DNA of 64,000 nt, taken from NCBI GenBank assembly GCA_028534125.1, contig CM052834.1, positions 186,001 through 250,000 of the forward strand. Direction: 5' to 3'. The position numbers and the translations under genes are program-made. Of this stretch, positions 23,677-34,771 are shown in pieces (positions within the stretch are counted from its first letter, which is position 1; each line of letters opens with the position of its first letter). A model generated the notes under the pieces. That model saw nothing but the letters and a program-made list of their open reading frames with translations, made no database searches and was not told the DNA's origin. This DNA is from Lama glama (lineage: Eukaryota).

Positions 23677-26600
23677 GTACAGCCTGGGTCCCTGGAGAAG
23701 AGGTCTCTCCTATGGGGAGCCACCCACCCCATGGGAGGCTAGTGTCACGACGCCTCCCAGGAAGTCAGCTGCTTTTCCAGCAGGTTCTCTGGGTCCCCTC
23801 GTTACTGAGACCTGGGGCTTCTGATCCTTGGAGGAGCAGGAAGGCACCTGTGTGTGGCTACCCTCCGCCCATCTCAGGCCTCGCCCTCCCCTCATTCCCC
23901 GTCCTCTGCTGCTGGCACCCTGGGCCACCTCCCTACTCCCACCCCTTCCCATCAGCTTCTCGAGGAGATTGACTGGGAACGAGGGAGGCTGTGCACAAGG
24001 AACCATCACAGAACTGCACGCACAGGGCCCCTCCTGACCCCACAGGGCCTCTCCTGTGGCCAAGAACACAGACTTCCCAGTGTGGACCCAGGCTCTGTCC
24101 TGGAACCAGTCACTCAGGGCAGAGCCCTTACCGAGGAGACCCTGGGAAGTGGCTGTGAGGGCCTTGTGCTGGTGACTGTGCTTCCCAGGGCAGAACCACG
24201 GGGCTGCTGTCACGCTGCTGTCCCCAGAGCTGATGAGTGGGCCTAGCAAAGTCGGACTCCAGTAAAGCAAGGAAGCCTTCTTGGTTCAGGCCCTTGAAAC
24301 CACTGGGCCGGCCCCAGCTGTGGCCCCAGCCCAGGCATGGGGAGACCCTCTGCCTTCTCCAGAGGCCCTGGGTCTCAGTCCGGGGTCTGGATAGGGAGCC
24401 TCCATCCCTCTGTGGAGAGCAGGGCCTCAGCCAGGGGGCTGGGATGCAGACAGGCAGTGACCTGATTTGTGGCAGCCCCTCCTGCTCCCTCACTCTGGTA
24501 TGACAGAGGGGTGGGGTCTCCAGGTGGGCAGGCTGTCTATAGACTGAAAGAGGACCAGGAGGACCATGAATGCAGCCTGTTGCTGCCTGTGCTCTTGCTG
24601 GAATACTGACTGGTGGCTGGCTGCTGAGTGAGTGCTAGTATCAGATGCGTTCGTGGTGACCGCTGCTCCTGGGCACAGTCAGGTCAGGCCCAGAAGTGGG
24701 TCTCCTTTCCAGGCCCCTCACGGCCATGAAATGCAGCTGACGGTTGACTCAGGGATGATTTTCGGGTGAAGAAGTGGGACCAGGCAGAAAGATGAGGCTG
24801 TGGTGTCCTGGGTTTGTGCCTTACCTGGCACTTGACTCACTGCCGAAGCCCAGGCCACCAGACAAGGTGTGGAAACTTGACCCACTCAGCAGCCAAGAGG
24901 CCGGCAGCCGGGGGTGTGTGCGCACAAGGCAAGCGGCCCCTGTGCCGGGAGCAGGCGTGCCCCTGGCAGGCCCCCCACGCTTGCTTCTGCTCCCTGCCCT
25001 GCATGCTCTGAGCCCTGGAGGAAGTTGGCCAGACCCCACCAGAGACGCCCGGCCCCGGCGGTAACAGGACCCGCAGGCCCTGCGCTTGCTGCTCGCTCTA
25101 GGGACAGAGATGCCGAAAGGGACCTGACCTGGCCTGGCGACGCTCCCGCTCACCTTCCCTGCAGATCACTCCTGCCCAGGTGGAAGGTGCGGTAGGTCTC
25201 CCCACACTGAGTCACAGTCACAGTCAGAGTAGGTCCTCGAGGAAGACACCCTGCCTGCTCCTCACAGGCTCCGCGTTCCTGGCGGGCGCCCAGGTCGATG
25301 GCTCCATGAGGCACTGGTGCACCTGTTGGCTGCCCTGCCTTTGTCCTTGGTGGCCCCACAGTATTTACATGACAGGCCGAGATGCTCAGACTGCTGCCTG
25401 CCCAGGGGTCAGAGAAGACAAACCGCTGAAGATTGGCCTGGGATTTTGCCAAAATGCTCCTTTCTAGTTATTTAGATAATTACCCTTCCATAAAAATATA
25501 CAACCAGATTTTCATCTGAGTCAGTGGTTTTCAGACTTGTCAGCAGCAGAATGGTTTTCTACAAACCAAGTTATAAGTTCAAGTTCAAAGTGAAAAAAAA
25601 ATCAAGTGTTAGTAAACATGAATTTGAAAACGCAGGTTAATAACCTCAGCATCCAGCCCCTCACTGGATGCAGGTGACACACACAGGCCATTGCTGTAAG
25701 CGGGGCAGGTTGTCTGCAGCTCTGGAACCTTAGGACGTGAGCAGCATGAAGTCTGGGTGCTCGAAGCTGTAAGTGGAGCAGCGGGAGTTGTTCTCACAGC
25801 GGAATCACTAACAAGTCCAACAGCAGTTCAAATTCCTTACGAAGAACGGATCTCAGATAAAAGCTCCCAGACGGACAGAGAACAGAACTGCTGTGCTGTG
25901 TGCCGTGGCTCCTGCGACCCCTGGCAGGACGCCCCCGGCAGGCTCCCCGCGAGACTCTGCTTGCAGGCCGGGATTGAAATCGACCATTCACGTGTCCTCA
26001 TCCCACACATCACAGGCAGGACAGACACTCACACACCGAGGGTGGAAGAAGCCTGGTCCTGAGGGCCTCACAGAAGCGAGTTTACCTGGCAGCACAGATT
26101 AACGTGTCAGTGGGCTTCCGAGAGTCACAAGTTGGCGGATCAAAGATTCGAATGTGGTGTGTCTTATTCAGGCTTTTCAATGATGAGTTAAAAGTATTTG
26201 TGAATCGGATATTTGGGAGAGTGCTGGAGCACCCCTTGAAGGACCTGAGGGTTCCACAGAGCAGGATGCAAGCCACTATTCTGGTCTAGAGTTTGCTAAG
26301 CAAGGCTTCCCAACCTCTACCCAGAAACACGTCTCCTGATTCAGAGATGGGCTGTGGTGCCTCCTTTGGGAGATTCCCATGATACATTTGGGAAATGCTC
26401 CAGATGGAGCATTTTGACCCCAGGAATGTATTTCCAAATGCTTTACTTTGCTTTTTTTTGTTTTAAGCACATCGCTTCCTAGTCTCCCTTTTGTCAGAAG
26501 CCTCAGTGGCTCTGTCCTTGCCCTGCGGAGCTCGTCTCTGAGGCTCAACTTTGCACATTGCGCCTGGCTCTCACTGAGCGGGCGGTCCGGAGTCCTCTGG

Positions 26601-27252
26601 ACTGGTCAGCTCCTTCCCTGAGCCGGCCGCTCGGTCTCACCTGAAGGCTCTCTGAGGGGTCAGGCTGATAGCCACACTGCCCTTGCAGAGAAGAACTCTG
26701 AGGTGGACGTGCCAGCCTTTTGACCTCAACATGTTTGAGGCTCCTGCACATCTGGACTGCAAGGTTAGGTTCAGAGCCTTCAAGTCTTGGCAAGACTGAG
26801 ACACACAGATTCTGGCTGGGGGCACCGGGGAAGCCTTCTTTGTTTCTGGAACCCTGACTCAGGGTCAGCCTCAAGCATGAGCTAAAGAGCCACCAGAGGG
26901 TTACCTCTTGCTTTCTGGTGCATGTGCCCTCGAAGGGGAGCACTCGAGTGGGACCAGGTGCTGCAGGGCCAGCTGTCAGACTGTGGTTTGGAGGGAGGGT
27001 GGCGAACACTCTGTGTTTTGGGCTTGTTTATGGTCCCAGGGGGATGCCCTCAGCAGCGCCTGTGTTGGGGTCCCGGGTGAGCGAAGAATGTGCTTCTGGC
27101 TAGGCCGCCACGGAGCTAAATGCTGGCTGCCTGGATAGTCACCACTGGCTTCCTGCCCTTAGAGGAGGCTGGCAACATGAGGAGCCTGGGCTCAGAAGAA
27201 ACATGGTCTCCTTCATCTCAAACCCATCCAACAAAAGTGGTTCTGCTGCCCG

Positions 27253-27326
27253 CTGGGGTCCCCATGCTGTGGGTGAGCCAAGGGCTGGGGTTCCCGTGCT
27301 GTGGGTGAGCCGAGGGCTGGGGTCCC
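27253..27326 (+). repeat. 32-bp tandem repeat x2.3
   Basis: CTGGGGTYCCCRTGCTGTGGGTGAGCCRAGGG at 27253 and 27285, partial copy at 27317. Confidence 0.85.
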
Positions 27327-27768
27327 GGCACAGCTTCTTTAGAGTGTTCACATCTTACCTTCAGCCCCTCAGCTTGGGGCTCCTGAAATTCGGAAACTAA
27401 GGAAGTCAGTAGCCCTAATCTGCCCTTGAATCTTTTAAAGTTTTCTTAATTGGATGAGGTTGAGTCCCAGCGGAGCCAAAACCTCCATCCTGATTGGAGG
27501 TGTAACCAGGAATTGCACAGTAATTGGCTGTCCATACTGTGCCCTGTGGTTTTGTGCCACCTGTCCCTCCAGGAGGCCTACAGCTGCAGCATGTGTGTGT
27601 ACACCACGAGTGTGCACGAGTCCCTCGGAGGGAGATGCGTGCTCTGCCTGCTGCCCTTCATCCACCTGCTGCATCTTTGGGTGCTTCTTACGCTGCAGGC
27701 CACTGATTGCTTGGGGCTGGGGGACAGGAGGGTGTCTGATCAGTAACTCTCTCACCGATTCCTTGTAG

Positions 27769-27819
27769 ACTATTGGGGAGAGTCTTGTTACAGTGAGCTC
27801 GTCGACTTGCACCTGGGTG
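27769..27819 (+). CDS. MICAL3: Alternative 51-nt MICAL3 microexon (DYWGESCYSELVDLHLG), phase 1-1
   Basis: TAG acceptor 27766-27768, GTG|GTATGT donor, open and symmetric; resembles the DYWGES insert I recall from predicted MICAL3 isoforms. Confidence 0.75.
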
Positions 27820-28390
27820 GTATGTATGCAGCATCTGCTGGCGACACTAACCCTGCTGGCGCCCCCCCCCCGCCCCCGCCTGCTCCAACACGCAGGGCTC
27901 AGCCCATAACCCGTGGCAAAGCACAGGCCCTCTTCCAGCTCAGATGGGGCAGCGTGTGCACTGCAGGCAGGCTTGGCGTAGCTTTGCTGCCCAGGGTTAT
28001 TTGATTTCTTGTAATCAAAGCTCACCCGCCCCAGCCCATCACCCTCGCACCTGCGTCCTGTTCCCTCTGATGTCTCCGAGTTGTTTGACAGCAGTGGCGA
28101 CAGACAGTCGCACACACGCGCGCTGGTGTGACGTCTGCCTGAATCCCATCCCTCATGACTTGTGTCACATCCACTAGGAAGCTCACTGCCCGCCACACGC
28201 AGGAACCACGCACGTGAGGAGTCACGCCCACGTTTCCCCTGAAAGAGCGTGTGCGTGAGAAAGGTCGCCTGTGCTCTGCCTCGACTGACCAGAGGCTATG
28301 ATGACAGATACCTGTAAGAATTCCCGCTCTCCTTGCTCTGTCCGGGGACTGCTTTGCAGCTCCTTTAAACACAGACAGGGAATGTCCGAG

Positions 28391-28570
28391 GTAGTGGTTC
28401 TCAGCATGTGGTCCCCGGCCAGCAGTGCCAGTATCACCTGGGAAAGCGTGGGGAATGCAGAGTCTCAGGCCCCACCTGAGACCTTCCAAATAGGGAGCTC
28501 TGGAGCAGGGGCCTGATTACTGTTCCAACAGAGCTTCCAGGCGATTCTTAAGTAGGAGAGCCTGCTGTGT
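28391..28570. mobile_element. MER5A-like hAT MITE
   Basis: AGTGGTTCTCAGCATGTGGTCCCC..CAGCAG..ATCACCTGGGA..ATGCAGA.TCTCAGGCCCCACC. Confidence 0.75.
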
Positions 28571-29307
28571 TAGGTTCACGCCTTCTAGAGTGGGAGCGGA
28601 GCTCAGTGTTCTTGGTGTCCAGCTGTATGAAGCTCACCGCTGGTGCTGCGTGAAAGAAACACCAGCACAGAGGCTCACCTCCAGACCGTGGGCAGTTGCC
28701 CTCCTGTCGGGAGCTGTGCCAGGCAGGCAGTGGCTCCCAGGGGGCCTGGCGCCTTCCTGAAGTCCCGTTGTCCGGCCTCCTTATCCACCTGTGCAGGCAG
28801 CTTGCCTGGAAGTTTTCTTAAAACAGAACAGCCGGCAAAGGTCATTCTCTCTCAGTTTTTACCACAATGTTTTTTTTAGAGTCACTTCTTGGCCCATTCA
28901 TTTAATAACCAAAGCATGATTCTGTGATTCCGACTCTCAGACAGGGCCACGTGCTTAGAGGAGTTCCACCGATACAGAAGCCGGCCCCGAGCTTCCTCCT
29001 CCACGGGCGGGCTGTAACTGGCCTCTGCTCTGGTCCAGGGTTCCGCCGCCATCCGTGTCCCTTCAGAGCCCTGGGGCTTCTGGACCAGGGGCTGCCACCT
29101 CGTGGCCACCGATGCTGTAAAAGGGCTGATGCTTGTGCCCCAGCTAACAGCCACCTCCCCCCAGCTAACACCCTGGGCTTCCCCACCCTCACTCTCTGCG
29201 TCCTGGGCTCCCTTCCCACCTCCTCCTGACTGTCTCTGGGGAACGTTTGTATCAATTCCAGACGAATCTGAATATGTGAGGACTTTTTTGTTTAATTCAA
29301 AATCTTA

Positions 29308-29443
29308 GGAGGAGGGTGTAGCTCAGTGGTAGAGCGCATGCTTAACATGCACAAGGTCCTGGGTTCAATCCCCAGTGCCTCCTCTAAAAATAAGTAAATA
29401 GATAAACCTAGTTCTCTCCCTCCCCCCCAAATTTTTTTTTTTT
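29308..29443 (+). mobile_element. tRNA-Ala-derived SINE, camelid (Vic-1-like) type
   Basis: A box TAGCTCAGTGG 29319-29329, B box GGTTCAATCC 29362-29371, AAAAATAAGTAAATA...AAACCTA..CTCCCC tail, candidate TSD AAATCT (29300-29305 / 29444-29449). Confidence 0.9.
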
Positions 29444-30698
29444 AAATCTGGGAAGAACTGTCAAAACCCATTTCTTTAAAATTGTATCATCCTTCCCTCA
29501 CAGCTCGAATACTGTAGTCACACTGATTACATCAGGTGTCTAGTTCGGGGTTTTTTGCCCCTGTTACGTGAGTAGTTGGCTGTTTCCATTTCTCTGTCCC
29601 TGGACTCTAGCTACCGGCCTTCCAGGTCTAGAATTTCAACAGATTCCCGGGGAAAATGACGTAAATAGAAAAAGAAGCTCAGCGTGTCTCTGAAGTGCGG
29701 CACCCACGTCAGACGCTTTATAACCCCTGTGATGGTTCTCTTCCTCTGTGTCAGCCCTTGGTGACTCCTGTGTTAAGTCCAGACTTCCGCAGGCTCTGCT
29801 CACTGCACGGAGGCTGCTGCCCTTCTGAAGAGAGCACAGTCTTGGGCCCTCCCCCAGAAGCTCCGGGAGGAAAGCGTAGATGCCAGAATCAGACCCTTTT
29901 TCAGTTTCCGCTGATGTTTCATTCTTAGAGCACTCAGTAATATTTGGTATTTGGGGGCAAATTTACCCTCCTGCAATGTGGAGCCTGCAATGTAGACCCT
30001 GATTGCTTCTCTGTACTGTACCCCCAAAGGGCCACACAGAAACCCAGCGCCCCTGTGCTGCGTGTGTGGACAAGAGGAGACCCGCCAGCCTCTGTCCCGG
30101 GCTCTGCCCAACCCCCGTCTGGCTCCTGCGGGGTCTCCGTGACCCTCAGCTCACAGTTAAAGGCGCTAAGCCTCTTAGAAGTATGTTCTTGAGCCGCAGA
30201 GTGTAAACGTCCCTTTGGCACAAGGCTGGACCTTGTGGTTTCAAAGGACCCACTGAAGGACAGTGGGTGGGTCTGGCCGCCCAGCCGCTAGTCTTGGCGC
30301 CCGGGACCAGGTAGGCGGCAGGGGCTCGGCAGGCGAAACAGTCACCCTCCGAAGAGCTTTCTGCTGAAAGTGCACGTGCCTCGTTCCAGTTTTCAAAGAC
30401 CTCACTGCTTGATTTGTGTGTGTCAAGAGGAAATGGAGAGCACGTGAGTGGTTTAGAAATGCAGCTCCGAGCGCTGGAGAAGGGGCTTCCGCTGTTGCTG
30501 TTGGAGGGGGAAGGGCAGGGAGGCCCCCGCTGCCTGCTCCCCCCTCCTGAGCCTCCCCTTTGTGCTCACTTCACAGTTGATGCTGCCTGCTTTTTGGCTG
30601 GTCTGTTTGGTCTGAGCGTTAGCCTGGCTCTGTTTTTGCTTTAGGAACTTTAAATCCTTGAGGAGCCCCAGCTTTCCTGTGTGTGTGCGTCCCAGCCC

Positions 30699-30726
30699 GT
30701 GTGTGTATGTGTGTGTGTGTGTGTGT
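30699..30726 (+). repeat. (GT)n microsatellite
   Basis: GTGTGTGTATGTGTGTGTGTGTGTGTGT. Confidence 0.9.
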
Positions 30727-32012
30727 ATTGTATCTCAATTTTCACATTGTTTTTTCTTGCCTTTGTTTTTCCCTCAGTCTAGAGGTTCATTCTGTACTGA
30801 GTTTTTCTAACGAGACAGCTCCCCGGCCCTGTCGCATGTACGTAGGCGAGGCCCGTGGGGCTGGAAGCCTTGCGCCCTGCCACCCACCGCGTCGCGGCCT
30901 CCCGCAGCCCTGCAGACCAGCTGCGGGCTTCGGTGTGGCCCCAGGTGTGGACCGGGCATGCAGGCTGCCCTTGGGGCGGGCGTTGGTGCTTCGCAGGCGT
31001 GTGTGACCCTGGTCAGTCCTCCTGCTCCAGGCCACGTGACCTGGACACCACAGGGGAGAAAGTCGGTGAGAGGCCCCGTTTTTCATGCCTGAAACACCAA
31101 TAAATTCTCTTGCAAGTTTAATCTGCTAGACTGAGCTTGGGCACAAGAGGTGCCCCTGGTGTTTCCCCGGCCCTGGCCATTTCTATAATGTGACTTGGAT
31201 AAAAGGTGTCAGGACGGAAATGCCCCGGAAGAGGACTGGGCAGGGACAGACCAGAGCTGGTGGTGGGGCCGGGGGTGGGGGGCAGGAGCCTGGGGCCTGG
31301 AGGCCGGGGCATGAGCAGAGCTTCCTGGAAGTGTGGCCGGAGGACGAGCTGCAGTGTCAAGATATATGGGCGCGGCTCTGAGCCCATGGAAGGTGATATC
31401 CTGTGATTTCTGTGAGCGGGTGCCTTGGAATTCTGACTTTTCACGTGGAAGTACAGTCATAAACTCAGCCCTTAGAAAAGCCCGTTTCCCTGCCGCTGTC
31501 CCTAGTGTCCGCACCTCTAGGGCACAGCCAATGTCCCTGGGGACTTCTGGAACCCAGCTGTCTCCCGAGCAGGCCCCTCCCAGGTCTGCAGGCGCTGGCT
31601 GTGGAGACCCCTCCAGCTTGAGGCTGTGGGGAATCTCTTCTGTCCAGTAGAGGGACAGGGGCTGCCCAGGAGGGGAAAAGGGAGGCCCTGGGTGAGGAGG
31701 AGCCCCTTGGCTGCAGGCTGGCCCCCGCCATGCCCTCCTTTTGTCCAGGAACCCTTGAGGCAGGGCCACCGGCCTGGCTTCTGCTGCAGCTGCTCTGTCT
31801 TTTGCTTCCAACCAGGACATTTTTCCTATTTTGGCTCTTAGAGAAAATGGCCTGATGTGTTTTAACTGGCACCATGCCCAGGGCATCAGACGTGCTCAGT
31901 GAACATTTCTTGTGTAATTTGGTAGTTTCTTACATGGTCCTTAAAATGAGCCCACGATCCTTATGAGGTGTTTCTGATTGTTTCTGACGTAGCACCAGTG
32001 TGGAAGCCAGTG

Positions 32013-32055
32013 GCTGCGTGGCCCCAGGCGGCGCTGCGTGGCCCCAGGCGGCGCT
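32013..32055 (+). repeat. Perfect 20-bp tandem duplication
   Basis: GCTGCGTGGCCCCAGGCGGC x2 + GCT. Confidence 0.9.
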
Positions 32056-34705
32056 AGGTGACCGACCTGGAGGCCCGGAACCCCAGGCAACCCCGTGCCA
32101 GCTGCTCGTCCCCGGTGGAGCTGGCCTGGTCCTGGCCCCTCCAGGCTTTACAACACGTCCGACCGAGGCCCCAAGCCCTTCTCTCCCTCAGTCTCGGAGG
32201 GTCTTGGGGTTTCAGCTCCCAGAAGGAAGGGGGTGGGGTCTGTCTGTGTCTCACTTGGACGCCAGATGCAATGTCTTGAGGGTTTGTCTGTCTTTTCCAG
32301 CTATCCTGATGTATGTTTCTGTTAGGCGATGGGGTGGAGGGGAGGATGCAGGGCTTTGGACAAAGCCTTTATGACGAAGCCAGAGGAAGCGGGAAACACA
32401 GGAGGCACAGGTGTTGTGAAGAGGGCGGGGGCTTGCTCTGAAGCTGCCGCTTCTGCCGCCGGGCCCGGGACCAGCCCTGGGCCACGCGGCCCTGTGGGAG
32501 CCCCTGTCGTAGGGCAGTGAGACCTGGCTCCACTGTGTCCGCAGCCAGTTCACTCACCCTCTCTGGGTCTCTGCAGAGACGGGGGAGGGTGACATGGTGC
32601 CCTTCCGGGTCTGCACTGGGAGTGGGCTGTGTGCGTGACTCCTGGAGGAAGGACCCCCGTCCGTCAGAGAGGACAGAAAGCCGGGTTCTGTTCAGGCTGC
32701 ACAACCTTCAGCCCCTCTGAGACTCAGGCCCCTCATCTGAAGACAGGAGCTGCAGGTGTGGGGCCACGGGGCCAGTGCAGGCCCAGAGGAGACGACAGCT
32801 GTGGGGGCCGGGGCTCCCTAGCAGCACGCTCACTCCCTGCTCCCTCGGGAACTTGTGGAGCCGACCCTGCTGTAGGTGAGACCCTGTAGCTTTCCCAAGT
32901 TCAGGGACCCGTGTCACCCGCTGGTGTTGCGGAGGGTGGGTGCCAATGGCATCATGTCTGCGGGCGAGCGTGCAGGGCGCTCAGGGCCATGGCTGCCGCC
33001 ATCACCCGGACGTTACCCAGAAGCAGACGTGAAAAGTGTGACGAAGTCTCTTCCCTACAGCTAGTGGACCGAGTCCTGTGTCCCTCACGTCCCCAGGCAG
33101 GCAGGAGATGAGCTCTGTGTCAGTGGCTCTGAGCTTCCCCTTGCATGCTCACTTCGGGCTCGGGCTCCTGGAGCTCCGTTTGTCTGGCTGACATCCCCCC
33201 TCAGTTTCTTCTTTTCAAACAGTACTTACTGGGTGCTTTTTCTGATCATAAAAGACGACGTGCTGTGGCAACAGCGGGGCTGTGGGGAGGGTGGAGGAGG
33301 GCTCGCAGCCGCGCTGGTGTCGGCCCCCAACCCCGGCCTCTGAAATTTCTTGTCTGCTCTGCCGGTCGGCAAGAGGACTTCACGTCCTGAGTACTGTTCT
33401 GTCATCTCATGCGTCTTCTGTCCTGGACGGAGCGTCCAGGGACGTGGTCTGCGTGATCGGGTCTAGAAGCTGTGCTTTGTGATGTCTGGAAGTGAACGGT
33501 CTTGACTGCACCTACAGGCACGTACTTCCTTTGGATGCATCTGCCTGTGTGTCGTGTCGCTGTCCCTTGCTAATGAGTGCAGCCTGTGTGTGTGACGTCA
33601 GAGGTGTGACCCTGCAGTTCTGGGTTTGTCCAGGCATCCCGGGCACCAGCGTGGAAACAAGAGAAGGTTGGGTGCAGATGAGCTACAGAGGGTGCTTGTA
33701 AGAGAGCAACCTTCTCGCCTCCCCAGCGCACGTGGTCACAGCCATGCCTCTGCAGACACTGGACATAATCACTACACACGCACCACACACGCAGCCCCTG
33801 GCCTCAGTCCTGCAGTTTCACCCGGTGTCAGACTCATTGCCGTGCCCCGTGGAGAGTGGAGAAGTGCTGACAAGGAAGAGGCATCTGCTCTCGCCCTGTT
33901 GCGAAGTGAATGGCCTCTTACCCAGCAGTGTGTCTGCTCGGCCCTCCTGTTCCCCTGAACAGGGTTAATTCTGACCACGGAGCCCCTACTCACCAGCCCA
34001 CGTGGGCCTGTGGTTCTGTGATGGTCCCTTGCTGAGCGGCTCCCCGCTTCCTTGAGGGCCCCAGGCCCCCCAGCACCAGCGAGTCCTCTGCGCACTGTGT
34101 GCTCCCGGGGTCCCCGTCCGCCACTCTTCCCAGCTCCATTTCACTGAGTCTCTGGCCTGGCCTGTCACACGGCCCACAGTGTGATAGTGTCCCCGCCTGT
34201 GGCTTCACCTCTCTGCAGAGATGGAGAGCTGCCTCCATGGCAGCTGCCTCCAGGGCCAGGAGCTCCTCCCCGTGGGCACGCTGACCCAGCCGCAGACCCC
34301 CAGCCCTTGGACTCGTCCATGCGCGCTGACTTCTGGCCTGCAGGTTTTGGGTGTTTCTGAGAAGGGAACCCAGAACCCAAAAGGCCACCGAATAGTGATT
34401 CCCAGATGTCACCCCCCGCGCAAGGAAGGACCAGAGCAGGCGGGAGCAGCCCACCGGCCCCGGGCCTGGGCCTGCCTGTTCAGTTTCCCGCTGGAGAAAG
34501 GACTTGATTCACTTGTAGACTGTGTTTCCCTTGCTTCTGCTTTTCCATTTCTTGTATTTTTTCTTTTCCTCCTGTTCCTTTCTCACTTTTTATGCTTTTG
34601 TCCTCTGCTTGTTCTTACGTCACCTCCCCTGACCCTCTCTGCTCCACACTCCTCCTCTGTCTGTCTTGTCTCCTCCTCCTCCTCCTTGTTTGGCCCTTTT
34701 TGAAG

Positions 34706-34771
34706 TTGAGCCCAGTGGCGGGACTCCACGGCGTCGACCTCTCTCCTTCTGCCCTTGCTGTGTCCAGGAAG
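34706..34771 (+). CDS. MICAL3: Alternative 66-nt MICAL3 cassette exon (VEPSGGTPRRRPLSFCPCCVQE), phase 1-1
   Basis: About 180-nt pyrimidine tract (34520-34700), AAG acceptor, AAG|GTAACG donor, open and symmetric. Confidence 0.75.

Noticed and set aside
29312-29384. tRNA-Val(AAC)-like cloverleaf as a real tRNA gene
   Set aside because: Mismatched acceptor and anticodon stems, SINE tail and a second copy at 58.8 kb indicate a SINE
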